Shown here piece by piece: positions 28,468 to 38,191 of a DNA stretch of 52,841 nt. The notes under the pieces were generated by a model. It was not told the origin of the DNA, did no database searches, and saw nothing but the letters and a program-made list of their open reading frames with translations. Numbering within the stretch: the stretch's first letter is position 1; each line of letters begins with the position of its first letter. Source of the DNA: Rhodobacterales bacterium (lineage in GTDB: Bacteria; Pseudomonadota; Alphaproteobacteria; Rhodobacterales; Rhodobacteraceae). The translations under genes and the position numbers were made by a program. The stretch is from positions 1 to 52,841 of the forward strand of contig JANMCI010000126.1 of the NCBI GenBank assembly GCA_031361245.1. Reading direction: 5' to 3'.

Positions 28468-29019
28468 TCAATTCAGCTCCGATCCGGGCATGGCCGAATG
28501 GCTCAGAATCCCCATCACATAGACTGCAACCGACCTGAAGCAGATCAAGGTGAATCCATCCCCCTGCCGCCAGAAAGCAGCCGCCACCTGAGCAGCTCGC
28601 GTCCGGCGCAACTCGCCCACGGCCAGGGAGTCCATGTCGACGGGGCACAACTTGCGGATCACCTGATCTGCCTTCTTCCCCTCGATCCGAAACACCGCCC
28701 TCGCATCCGATACCACTGCAGCCAGATAATGCTGCCCCTTCAGCCCCTCGGCCAACTTGGCCATTGCCGTGGCCGTGTCGGCATAGGGCATGATCAGCAG
28801 GTATTCATCCGGGCTCATCCATCCCACCGCGCTATCCCCCGCCGCCTCAATCCGCCGCAGCGCAGGAACTGCCGTTCCCGTGACCGACCGGATCGCCTTG
28901 TCCAGTCCGGACACATCAGGCTTGGCCCGAAGGCTGATCATCCCCAAAGGACCGATCTCGCGAACCGCCGCGAACCCGTCGAAAGAAGCCGCCCCAAGGG
29001 CGCTGACCGGATCAGACAT
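28468..29019 (-). CDS. soxG: Sarcosine oxidase subunit gamma
   Basis: WMSPDEYL, VSDARAVF, KLCPVD, CFRSVAVY; last gene of the sox operon. Confidence 0.93.
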   Translation of the reverse strand: MSDPVSALGAASFDGFAAVREIGPLGMISLRAKPDVSGLDKAIRSVTGTAVPALRRIEAAGDSAVGWMSPDEYLLIMPYADTATAMAKLAEGLKGQHYLAAVVSDARAVFRIEGKKADQVIRKLCPVDMDSLAVGELRRTRAAQVAAAFWRQGDGFTLICFRSVAVYVMGILSHSAMPGSELN

Positions 29020-31885
29020 TCTGCTTGGCTCCTTGCTTGTCGTAGAACACCGGATCAACCACCTTCGCCTTCACGGTTCCCCCGGCAACCGTGTTGAATT
29101 CAACCACATCTCCCATGCGATCCATTCCACCGGTTATAAGCCCCATGGCGATCCCGCGCTTCAAGGTCGGGCTGCGATAGGTCGAGGTAACACGGCCCTG
29201 GGTGTTCCGTTGCCCGTTTGCATTGTGGCCCGGTGCAACAATGTATGCGCCGTCCGGAATGACCGATCCGTCCAACGTTTCGAATCCAGCCAGTTTCCAT
29301 CGGTCGGGCCGCGCCAGAAAATTGCGCTCTTGTCCCCTTTTGCCCAGATAATCGGTCTTCTTCTTCGAAATCGCCCAATCGAGGTTAAGATCTTGCGGTA
29401 TGACGGTCCCGTCCGTCTCGTCTCCGATCATGACAAAACCCTTTTCCGCCCGCATCACGTGCATGGCCTCAGTTCCGTACGGCATCACCCCCAATTCGGC
29501 CCCTGCGTCCAGCAGAGTGTCCCACAGTTCCTGCCCGAAAGAGGCCGGGACTGCTACTTCATAGCTAAGTTCCCCAGAGAAGCTGATCCGATAGATTCGC
29601 ACTGACAAGTTGCCAAGCAAGCCGGTCGCAAACGTCATGAATGGCAAGGCATTTCCCGAAACATCCAATCCACCAAGTTTCTCCAGAAGAGCGCGCGCTT
29701 TCGGTCCGGCGACGGCCACCTGCGCGTATTCTTCGGTTACATTGGCGGTGTAAACCTGCCAGTCCCACCATTCGCATTGCAACCAGTCTTCCATATGAGC
29801 ATGGATCCGATCCGCCCCGCCTGTCGTGGTGTGACAGAGCCAAGTGTCCTCGTCCAATCGGACAACGACTCCGTCGTCCGAGAGGAAACCGTTTTCATTG
29901 CACATGAGGCCGTAACGGCATCTGCCCACAGGCAAAGTGCTCATGACGCCCGTATAGAGCATATCGAGGAACTTCCCGGCATCTGGCCCTCTGACGATCA
30001 ACTTACCCAGCGTCGAAGCATCCAGCAGACCCACATTACTACGTGTATTGTTGATTTCTCTCTCAATTGCCTGGTCATGGCTTTCACCCGCCTGAGGAAA
30101 GCAATACGGGCGACGCCACAGACCCACAGGTTCGAAATAGGCGCCATTCGTTTCGTGCCATGCATGGATCGGTGTGCGCCGCAGTGGTTGGAATATCTCT
30201 CCACGGCTTTCTCCCGCTAACGAGCCAAAGGTCACTGGCGTATAAGGTGGACGGAATGTAGTTGTCCCAATTTGGGGGATCGGAGTGTTTAGCGCTCCGG
30301 CCAGAACGGCCAGTCCATTGATGTTGGACAACTTTCCTTGATCTGTGGCCATTCCAAGAGTCGTGTACCGCTTAGTGTGCTCCACACTCTCATAGCCTTC
30401 CCGAGCCGCGAGCTGGACGTCGGACACCTTGACATCGTTCTGATAGTCCAACCACATTTTGGACTTTAACGCGACACCCGCGCCTTGGGGCATGATCCAA
30501 ACAGGCTCCACGGCGGGCAGGTGATCACCATTGGCCGACCCTACACAGTGCACCATTGCCGCCCCGCTGTGTCCAGTTGGCGGGCGTTTGGGATCCGGTC
30601 GGAAATGACCCTGAGCGTCGTCCCAGATCAATTTGCCTCCGCAATGGCTCCACAGATGTACCACCGGCGACCAACCGCCCGACATGGCCACTGCCTCGCA
30701 GGCGATCTCCTCCAAAATAGCGCCTTCTCCCGCTTGGAGGCAGAGCGAAACCCCCGTCACGCGCTTGCCGCCTTGGACCTTGGCTATGCCCGTGCCTACT
30801 TCGATCCGGATACCCATGGAACGTGCTTTGGCAGCCAGATCACCGGATACTTCAGCCCGCGCGTCCACGATGCACGGCACTGCCAGTCCCGCATCCTTCA
30901 ACGCAAACGCTGTGCGATACGCGTCGTCATTGTTGGTAACCACTACCGTCCGATCGCCTGGGCTGACGGCGTAATCCAACACGTAGTCCCTTACCGCCGA
31001 GGCCAGCATGACACCAGGAATGTCGTTGCCTGCAAAAGATAGCGGCCGTTCGATTGCGCCGGTTGCGGACACGATCTGGCCGGCCCGTATGCGCCAAAGC
31101 CGATGTTTAGGCCTACCGTCGCCCGGCGTGTGATCAGCAACCTTTTCGTCGACCAGCACATAACCATGGTCGTAGACCCCCGCAACCGTGCAACGCAAGT
31201 TCATCTGGACATTATCCAGCTTCCCAAGAGCTTGCGTGATGGACTTCACTAAATCCCCGGCCGCGTCGCGTCCGCCCAAATGGGCAGTCTGTTCCATAAT
31301 AATGACCCGTTTGCCCGATTGCCCCGCTTCCATTGCCGCTTCCAACCCTGCGAGACCGCCTCCCGCGACCAAAACATCGCAGAAGCCATACGCATGTTCA
31401 TATCGGTCCGCATCATAGCCTTCGGGAGCACGACCCAGACCCGCAGACCGGCGGATAATGGGCTCAAAGACATGTTTCCATGCTGCTCGCGGGTACATGA
31501 AGGTCTTATAATAAAACCCGCCCGGCAGGAACCTCGCCAGCCAGTTGTTGACGGCACCGACATCGAACTCCAGGCTAGGCCAATGGTTCTGGCTTGCCAC
31601 CTGCAATCCGGCGAAAAGCTCCGTTGTCGTGGCCCTTTGGTTTGGCTCAAATCGGCCACCCGAACCCATGTTGAACAAGGCATTCGGCTCCTCTGCGCCG
31701 CTGGCCACGATCCCGCGAGGTCGATGATATTTGAACGACCGCCCCACAAGCATCTGATCATTCGCAAGCAAGGCCGAAGCAAGGGTATCCCCTGCAAACC
31801 CATACATGGTCTTGCCGTTGAAAGAAAATTCCACTGCCTTTTGGCGGTCAATCAACCGCCCGCCCTTTGACAAACGGGTGCTCAT
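29012..31885 (-). CDS. soxA: Sarcosine oxidase subunit alpha
   Basis: GDTLASALLAN, RSFKYHRPRG, EHTKRYTTLGMATDQGK, GcvT-like C-terminal half. Confidence 0.96.
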   Translation of the reverse strand: MSTRLSKGGRLIDRQKAVEFSFNGKTMYGFAGDTLASALLANDQMLVGRSFKYHRPRGIVASGAEEPNALFNMGSGGRFEPNQRATTTELFAGLQVASQNHWPSLEFDVGAVNNWLARFLPGGFYYKTFMYPRAAWKHVFEPIIRRSAGLGRAPEGYDADRYEHAYGFCDVLVAGGGLAGLEAAMEAGQSGKRVIIMEQTAHLGGRDAAGDLVKSITQALGKLDNVQMNLRCTVAGVYDHGYVLVDEKVADHTPGDGRPKHRLWRIRAGQIVSATGAIERPLSFAGNDIPGVMLASAVRDYVLDYAVSPGDRTVVVTNNDDAYRTAFALKDAGLAVPCIVDARAEVSGDLAAKARSMGIRIEVGTGIAKVQGGKRVTGVSLCLQAGEGAILEEIACEAVAMSGGWSPVVHLWSHCGGKLIWDDAQGHFRPDPKRPPTGHSGAAMVHCVGSANGDHLPAVEPVWIMPQGAGVALKSKMWLDYQNDVKVSDVQLAAREGYESVEHTKRYTTLGMATDQGKLSNINGLAVLAGALNTPIPQIGTTTFRPPYTPVTFGSLAGESRGEIFQPLRRTPIHAWHETNGAYFEPVGLWRRPYCFPQAGESHDQAIEREINNTRSNVGLLDASTLGKLIVRGPDAGKFLDMLYTGVMSTLPVGRCRYGLMCNENGFLSDDGVVVRLDEDTWLCHTTTGGADRIHAHMEDWLQCEWWDWQVYTANVTEEYAQVAVAGPKARALLEKLGGLDVSGNALPFMTFATGLLGNLSVRIYRISFSGELSYEVAVPASFGQELWDTLLDAGAELGVMPYGTEAMHVMRAEKGFVMIGDETDGTVIPQDLNLDWAISKKKTDYLGKRGQERNFLARPDRWKLAGFETLDGSVIPDGAYIVAPGHNANGQRNTQGRVTSTYRSPTLKRGIAMGLITGGMDRMGDVVEFNTVAGGTVKAKVVDPVFYDKQGAKQNV

Positions 31886-32206
31886 CTAAAACCCCTTCCA
31901 GTCGGGCCGCTTCGACTTGATCTTCGCCATCAACTTGGCCGGAGGCCCGGAACTCTGGGCAGAATAGGTCCCGAACACCTCGAGCGTCGTGGTGTCTCGT
32001 GCAGCCAAAAACCACTTTCCGCACCCGTAAGCATGTCGCCAGCGTTCGAAATGAACTCCTTTTGGATTCTTGCGCGCAAACATATAAGCCTCGAAATCCT
32101 CGTCCGTTGACCCGGGCCCGTAACGTCTCAGATGGGCCTCATAACCGGGGGAAAGCTCGGTTTCTTCGGCATTGACCCCGCAATAGGGACATTCAAGGAT
32201 CAACAT
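31886..32206 (-). CDS. soxD: Sarcosine oxidase subunit delta
   Basis: LECPYCG ... ERWRHAYGCGKWF zinc ligands. Confidence 0.95.
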   Translation of the reverse strand: MLILECPYCGVNAEETELSPGYEAHLRRYGPGSTDEDFEAYMFARKNPKGVHFERWRHAYGCGKWFLAARDTTTLEVFGTYSAQSSGPPAKLMAKIKSKRPDWKGF

Positions 32207-32278
32207 GCAGCACCTCCAGCACGCGAAAATGCGGGCACTGAAGAGCACCCGCATTGAGTCGCCAAGTACAAAGATGGC

Positions 32279-32455
32279 CTAGCCGCCGGTCTTTGGAGCC
32301 GGGGCCGTGACTTCCGGCAAGTCGATCTTGATATTGAGATCCTTGTTGTCGGCTTCAGGGCCGTAAAGGAAAAAAACAAGGACGCCAACCGCGACGACAA
32401 GGCCGCCCACGATAAAGGCGAGTGTCGAGTTCGTTCCGCTGCTGTCATCAGCCAT
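32279..32455 (-). CDS. Small single-TM protein (58 aa)
   Basis: GGAG RBS then ATG. MADDSSGTNSTLAFIVGGLVVAVGVLVFFLYG... fills the soxB-soxD gap. Confidence 0.75.
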   Translation of the reverse strand: MADDSSGTNSTLAFIVGGLVVAVGVLVFFLYGPEADNKDLNIKIDLPEVTAPAPKTGG

Positions 32456-32519
32456 ATATGCATCTCCAGTTTGTTGATCAACTGAAAGACAACTTCCGGC
32501 ACGGCGATTTGGTTCCTCA

Positions 32520-33767
32520 TCAATGTGCCACTCCGGCTGCAACAGATTCGTCGATGAAACGGCCCTGTTTGAACCGCCACATGTTGAACTCGGCCGCCAA
32601 CGGTCCGGGTTCGCCCTTTGCCATAAGCTCTGCCATCGCCCACCCCGACCCAGGAATGGCCTTGAACCCCCCAGTGCCCCAGCCGCAGTTGATGAAACAG
32701 TTGCCAAGCGGCGTCTTTGAAATAATCGGAGAACGGTCACCCGTCATATCGACGATCCCTCCCCACTGCCGCAGCATTTTCAGCCGCGAGATCATCGGGA
32801 AGGTTTCAATCAGCGCACGTAACGTCTCTTCGATGTGATGGAACGATCCGCGCTGAGTGTAATTATTGAACCCGTCCGTGCCGCCGCCGATGACCATTTC
32901 TCCTTTGTCGGATTGGCTCATATAGCCGTGCACGGTATTGGCCATTACGACGACATCCATGCAAGGCTTGATGGGCTCAGACACAAGGGCCTGTAAAGCC
33001 ACTGCTTCAATCGGCAACCGGAATCCGGCCATATCGGCCACTTGCCCCGAATGACCCGCCACTACTATGCCCATCTTCTTGCAGCCGATTTTTCCTTTTG
33101 ACGTTTCTACTCCAGTCACCAGCCCGCCTTCAGACCGGACACCCGTCACCTCGCATTGCTGGATGATATCCATCCCCATAGCCGAGCACGCCCGAGCATA
33201 CCCCCAGGCCACGGCGTCGTGCCGGCCAGTCCCGCCGCGCGGTTGCCATAACGCCCCAAGTACCGGATAGCGCGGCCCGTCGATGTTCATGATCGGACAC
33301 AACTCTTTGACACGCGCCGGAGAAATAAACTCCGTTACCACACCTTGCAGCGCATTCGCATGGGCGGTGCGCAGGTAGCCGCGCACCTCATGATGGGTCT
33401 GGGCGAGCATCATAACGCCACGCGGACTGAACATCATGTTGAAGTTCAGATCTTGGCTCATCGTTTCATAAAGCGATCGAGCCTTCTCGTATATCGCGGC
33501 TGACGGGTCCTGCAGGTAATTCGACCGGATGATCGTGGTGTTGCGGCCTGTGTTGCCACCACCCAGCCATCCCTTCTCAAGAATCGCTACATTGGTTATC
33601 CCGTGGTTTTTGCCCAAGTAATATGCCGTGGCCAAACCGTGCCCGCCCGCGCCAACAATGATGGCGTCATATGCGGCTTTGGGCTCGGGCGATCTCCACG
33701 CTTTCTCCCAACCCAAGTGAAAGTTGAGCGCCTCGCGCGCCAAAGCAAAGACCGAATAGCGTTTCAT
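32520..33767 (-). CDS. soxB: Sarcosine oxidase subunit beta
   Basis: GAGGHGLATAYYL, GGGNTGRNTTIIRSNY, GWGTGGFKA, C-terminal AAGVAH. Confidence 0.97.
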   Translation of the reverse strand: MKRYSVFALAREALNFHLGWEKAWRSPEPKAAYDAIIVGAGGHGLATAYYLGKNHGITNVAILEKGWLGGGNTGRNTTIIRSNYLQDPSAAIYEKARSLYETMSQDLNFNMMFSPRGVMMLAQTHHEVRGYLRTAHANALQGVVTEFISPARVKELCPIMNIDGPRYPVLGALWQPRGGTGRHDAVAWGYARACSAMGMDIIQQCEVTGVRSEGGLVTGVETSKGKIGCKKMGIVVAGHSGQVADMAGFRLPIEAVALQALVSEPIKPCMDVVVMANTVHGYMSQSDKGEMVIGGGTDGFNNYTQRGSFHHIEETLRALIETFPMISRLKMLRQWGGIVDMTGDRSPIISKTPLGNCFINCGWGTGGFKAIPGSGWAMAELMAKGEPGPLAAEFNMWRFKQGRFIDESVAAGVAH

Positions 33768-33970
33768 AGGGCACCCTTCCGCGGGTTAAGTCACTTGTGT
33801 CTTAGATGGCAGTCCTGACCGACACAACCGCCGCCTCCAGCGGCACAATCGGGAAAATTGCGACATGGGTGCCGCCAGTAGCCAACTTGTGACACGTGCA
33901 CCCTTTTGCCGAAGCTGTGAAATGGCTACATCAGGTCAAGCCCTGCGGGGCGCTAGGGTAGGCAGATTGT

Positions 33971-35182
33971 ATGGTCGGTTTGTGGATTTCCGCAGGAGCG
34001 ATGGTCCTGATGGTGGCCTTGTTGCTTTTTGAAGCATTCCGTCACGCGCGGAAGGCTCCTTTTATCATGGATGCAACTGCGGACCTTGCGGTCTACCGCG
34101 ATCAGTTGGCCGAGGTGGTGCGTGACCAGAATCGCGGGGTCTTGGCTGCCTCCGAGGCAGAGCGGTTGCGCCTCGAAATCCATCGCCGGATGCTGGATGT
34201 TGACCGTCCCAAGGGGGCCGAGGTCTTACCCCATCAAGGTAGCACCCTTTGGATAGGCGTCGGCGCGCTCGTTCTGTGTCTGGGGGCCGGCATCGCGATC
34301 TATGGAAAGCTAGGCTTGCCGGGCTTCGGCGATCTGCCGCTTTCGACCAGGCTTGCAGCGGCGGACGATGCTTACAACAGCCGCCTGTCGCAAGATCAGG
34401 CCGAGGCGGCTCAACCACCTTTTTCCCAGCCAACAGATATCGACCCCGAGCTTTCGGCCATGATCGACAAGTTGCGTGATGCGGTGGCCACGCGGCCGGA
34501 TGATCTGCTTGGACACTCACTTCTGGCCCAGAACGAAGCTGCGGTCGGGAATTTCGTCGCGGCTCGCAAAGCTCAAGGCGTGGTGGTAAGGCTGAAACGT
34601 GCAGAAGCTACGGCAGAAGACCTGGCCACCTTGGCGCAACTAATGGTAGCCGCGGCAGGTGGTATGGTGACGCCCGAGGCCGAAAAGGTACTGGTCCAAT
34701 GCCTGAAGCTTGACCCCGGCAATGGGTGGGCGCGCTATTATTCAGGTTTGATGTTCGCCGAAATCGGCCGACCGGACCGGGCTTTTTCGCTGTGGGAGCC
34801 ACTGATGCGCGAAGGTCCCAATACAGCTCCGTGGGTCAAGCCAATCTCGTCGCTGATTGTGGAAGTCGCTGCTGCCTCTGGGGTCAATTACAGTCTGCCG
34901 GATGCCGGGCCCGACGCTGCGGAGATTGCAGCCGCATCAGAGTTGAGCGCCACTGATCGCAAGGCGATGATCAAGTCCAAGGTGGCCGGGCTCGAGGAAC
35001 GGCTCATGGCCGACGGCGGTACAGTCGAAGAATGGGCCAAGTTGATCACGTCTCTCGGCGTGTTGATGGACAGGGTCCGCGCCAAGGTAATCTATGCCAA
35101 GGCGCAAGAGGTCTTTGCCGGCCAGCCGGGCGAGCTTGCGGCCCTCAAGGCAGCGGCAGTCGAGGCTGGAGTTGCACCATGA
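33971..35182 (+). CDS. ccmI: c-type cytochrome biogenesis protein CcmI/CycH
   Basis: TM, VYRDQLAEV.RD..RG...EI.RR.L, TM, then a TPR-like periplasmic domain. Confidence 0.9.
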   Translation: MVGLWISAGAMVLMVALLLFEAFRHARKAPFIMDATADLAVYRDQLAEVVRDQNRGVLAASEAERLRLEIHRRMLDVDRPKGAEVLPHQGSTLWIGVGALVLCLGAGIAIYGKLGLPGFGDLPLSTRLAAADDAYNSRLSQDQAEAAQPPFSQPTDIDPELSAMIDKLRDAVATRPDDLLGHSLLAQNEAAVGNFVAARKAQGVVVRLKRAEATAEDLATLAQLMVAAAGGMVTPEAEKVLVQCLKLDPGNGWARYYSGLMFAEIGRPDRAFSLWEPLMREGPNTAPWVKPISSLIVEVAAASGVNYSLPDAGPDAAEIAAASELSATDRKAMIKSKVAGLEERLMADGGTVEEWAKLITSLGVLMDRVRAKVIYAKAQEVFAGQPGELAALKAAAVEAGVAP

Positions 35183-35658
35183 TTGTGGAACCCATTGCCG
35201 ACTTCCTCGCTGCCCTGCCGCCCAACCGGTCCGTATGCGGACTGGATCTGGGAGACAAGACGATCGGCTTTGCGGTTTCGGACCTGCGGCGTCAGGTGGC
35301 CACTCCGGTGCTGGTGATCAGGCGGGTGAAGTTCACCGCGGATGCCGGCCGGTTGTTTGAGTTGGTAAAAGAACGCGGAATTGTCGGGATTGTGTTGGGC
35401 TTGCCGCTCAACATGGATGGTTCGGAGGGGCCGAGGGTGCAGTCGACCCGCGCCTTTGCGCGCAATCTGGTAAAGTTGACGGATCTGCCAATCACCTACT
35501 GGGACGAGCGGCTGTCGACCGTGGCGGCGGAGCGGGCGCTGCTGGAGGGCGATGCCTCGCGGGCCAAGCGGGCGCAGGTGATCGATCAGGTCGCGGCGGG
35601 ATATATCCTGCAAGGTGCGCTGGACCGGATGGGGTATCTGGCGAGGGCGGGGTCATGA
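35179..35658 (+). CDS. ruvX: YqgF/RuvX nuclease
   Basis: GLDLGDKTIGFAVSD, GLPLNMDG, WDERLST, IDQVAAGYILQ. Confidence 0.96.
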   Translation: MIVEPIADFLAALPPNRSVCGLDLGDKTIGFAVSDLRRQVATPVLVIRRVKFTADAGRLFELVKERGIVGIVLGLPLNMDGSEGPRVQSTRAFARNLVKLTDLPITYWDERLSTVAAERALLEGDASRAKRAQVIDQVAAGYILQGALDRMGYLARAGS

Positions 35659-35885
35659 ACGAGGAAATCTGGGCAAGGTCAGAGGTGGACAGCCCCTGCG
35701 TGAAGATCTGCGTGATCCACCCGGAGGAGCGGCTGTGTGTGGGGTGCCTGCGGTCGATCGAGGAGATTGCGACCTGGTCGCGGATGAGTTCCGAGGAACG
35801 CCGGGCGATCATGGCCGACCTGCCCGCGCGGGCGCCGAAGCTTTCGAAACGGCGGGGCGGGCGGATGGGGCGGCTGGACCGCTGA
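35655..35885 (+). CDS. DUF1289 family protein
   Basis: SPCVKIC..LCVGCLRSIEEIATW. Confidence 0.92.
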   Translation: MNEEIWARSEVDSPCVKICVIHPEERLCVGCLRSIEEIATWSRMSSEERRAIMADLPARAPKLSKRRGGRMGRLDR

Positions 35886-35887
35886 AG

Positions 35888-35907
35888 CGTCCAGATCTGG
35901 ACGTTTT
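35888..35907 (+). terminator. Palindrome plus U-tract after the DUF1289 gene (copy 2 of the dispersed element)
   Basis: Perfect 16-bp palindrome CGTCCAGATCTGGACG followed by TTTT. Confidence 0.6.
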
Positions 35908-36030
35908 GAAAATTAACGGAAAATCAGGGAAGCGTTAACTTTTGGTGACGGTTTCTTCAGAGGTTTGTGCCTTGGGGGGAGTCGGGTCGCGTGAATTTCG
36001 CAAACGCGAAAATCACGCCCGAACCCCGAC

Positions 36031-37620
36031 CTACAGGCCGAGGGCGCGGAAGACTTTGGGAAGTTCTTCGGGCAGGTCCTCGGCGATGAGGCCGGGGCCG
36101 AAGGAGCGGGCACATTCGACGTGGAGCCATGCGGCGGCCTCAGTGGCTTGTTGGGGTGGGAAGCCGCGGGCCAGAAGGCCGGTGATGAAGCCGGCCAGCA
36201 CGTCGCCGGAGCCTGCGGTGGCGAGCCAGGGGGCGGCGCGGTCATAGGCGGCGGAGTTGATGGCGCAGGTGCCGTCGGGGCTGGCGATGACGGTGTCGGG
36301 GCCTTTGTAAAGCACGGTGCAACCGGCGCGGGCGGCGGCGTCGCGGGTGGCATCGACCTTGGAATAGGCGGGGCCGGTGGTTGCGGGGGCGTCGAGTTTG
36401 GCGGCGATGTCGGGGAACAGGCGAGTGAATTCGCCGTGATGGGGGGTGAGGACGCAGTTTTCGTGCAGCAGGGCGAACAAGGCGGGGTCGCGGGCAATCA
36501 GGGTCAGGGCGTCGGCGTCAAGGACAAGGGCGCGGCGGGGTGAACCCCGCCCTACGAGAACCGCTTTGACCAAATCTACCGCCCGCGCATCCAATCCCAA
36601 GCCCGGACCGACGCACAGCGCATTGATCCGCGCATCTGCCAACACCTCGGCCAGCCCTGCCCCATCCGCCACGGTTTTCAGCATGATCGCATCCAGTCGA
36701 CCGGCGTTTTCTGGCAGGGCCTCGGGCGGGCAAGTGACGGTCACGAGGCCCGCGCCGATGCGGAGGGCACCGCGTGCGGTCATGCGGGCCGCGCCGCCGT
36801 GGCCGGGCGGGCCGGAGAGGATGAGGGCGTGGCCGTGGGAGAATTTGTGACCAAAACGCTTGTAAACGTCGTTGCGCGTCACTGGGCCGACCAACTGGAC
36901 ATAGCCAATCTGTTTGTTCAGGCCGATGTCGCACACCGATATCCGACCACATCTGTCCGGTCCGTCCGCCAGCATGTGCCCAAGTTTCAGGGCATGAAAA
37001 GTCACCGTCAAATCCGCATGTGCTGCCGGGGCCGCTGGCCGAAACGGCATTCCTTGGAAGTCCGCATTCTTCAAGGACCGCCCACTATCGGCGCAAAGTC
37101 CGCTGGGAATATCTATGGAGACATAGGCCTTGCCCTGTCGGCGTCCCGGCCAGAGTGACTGACGATCTTCACCCATATCAAGGAAGGTCAGTCCGAGATC
37201 GGACGCGGGGCGAGTTAAGCCAGTGCCAAACAGGGCATCTACCACAACATCCGACGAAGTCAGTGACGCCTCGAACTTTGGGGGAAGCCCCTTCACCTCC
37301 CCCATCGCCGCCCATCGCTCATAATTCGCCCGCGCATCCGGCGGCATCGCTTCGGGCGAGCCATACAGAAACACCTCCACCTCCCAGCCCCATTCCTTCA
37401 ACAGTCGCGCCACGACAAACCCGTCGCCGCCGTTGTTGCCGGGGCCGCAGAGGACGACGGCCCGGTGGGAGGTGGCACGGAGGGCGGGCCATTCCTCGAA
37501 GATGGCTTCGACCACGCCGCGCCCTGCGCGCTCCATCAGTTCCAGACCCGTGACTTCACCGGAGGCGATGGCAGCCTGTTCGATGGCGCGCATTTGGGCG
37601 GCGGTGAGGAGTTCGGTCAT
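36031..37620 (-). CDS. nnr: Bifunctional NAD(P)HX epimerase/dehydratase (NnrE-NnrD)
   Basis: LMERAG, CGPGNNGGDG, DALFGTG, DIPSG; GPGLG, LDADAL, LTPHHGEF, ATAGSGDVLAG. Confidence 0.95.
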   Translation of the reverse strand: MTELLTAAQMRAIEQAAIASGEVTGLELMERAGRGVVEAIFEEWPALRATSHRAVVLCGPGNNGGDGFVVARLLKEWGWEVEVFLYGSPEAMPPDARANYERWAAMGEVKGLPPKFEASLTSSDVVVDALFGTGLTRPASDLGLTFLDMGEDRQSLWPGRRQGKAYVSIDIPSGLCADSGRSLKNADFQGMPFRPAAPAAHADLTVTFHALKLGHMLADGPDRCGRISVCDIGLNKQIGYVQLVGPVTRNDVYKRFGHKFSHGHALILSGPPGHGGAARMTARGALRIGAGLVTVTCPPEALPENAGRLDAIMLKTVADGAGLAEVLADARINALCVGPGLGLDARAVDLVKAVLVGRGSPRRALVLDADALTLIARDPALFALLHENCVLTPHHGEFTRLFPDIAAKLDAPATTGPAYSKVDATRDAAARAGCTVLYKGPDTVIASPDGTCAINSAAYDRAAPWLATAGSGDVLAGFITGLLARGFPPQQATEAAAWLHVECARSFGPGLIAEDLPEELPKVFRALGL

Positions 37621-37645
37621 TTGGGCGGCTCTTTCGTTCGCAAGC

Positions 37646-37682
37646 TGCGTAAATATTCGGCGGTATGACCAAATTTCAGGCA
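37646..37682. promoter_or_regulatory. Tandem NtrC-like binding sites upstream of glnB
   Basis: Two 17-mers 20 bp apart, TGCGTAAATATTCGGCG and TGACCAAATTTCAGGCA, resembling TGC-N11-GCA NtrC boxes with A/T-rich cores, at the expected location. Confidence 0.6.
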
Positions 37683-37753
37683 CACACAGCAAAATCCTGC
37701 GCCAGACTGACGCAACGCCAGCCTAGTCAATTGTCCCTGTCTTATGGAAGTGA

Positions 37754-38134
<381 letters not shown>

Positions 38135-38191
38135 GTTTTTCTGAACACCGGGCCTCAAAAACCCCAACCTAAACCCCAATCGAAAGGCAGC

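Noticed and set aside
29012-31885. SoxA appears somewhat short (957 aa), possibly with internal deletions
   Set aside because: All domains and motifs are present, and I cannot size the gaps without an alignment.
33768-33970. Glycine or other riboswitch upstream of soxB
   Set aside because: No recognisable aptamer consensus on the minus strand.
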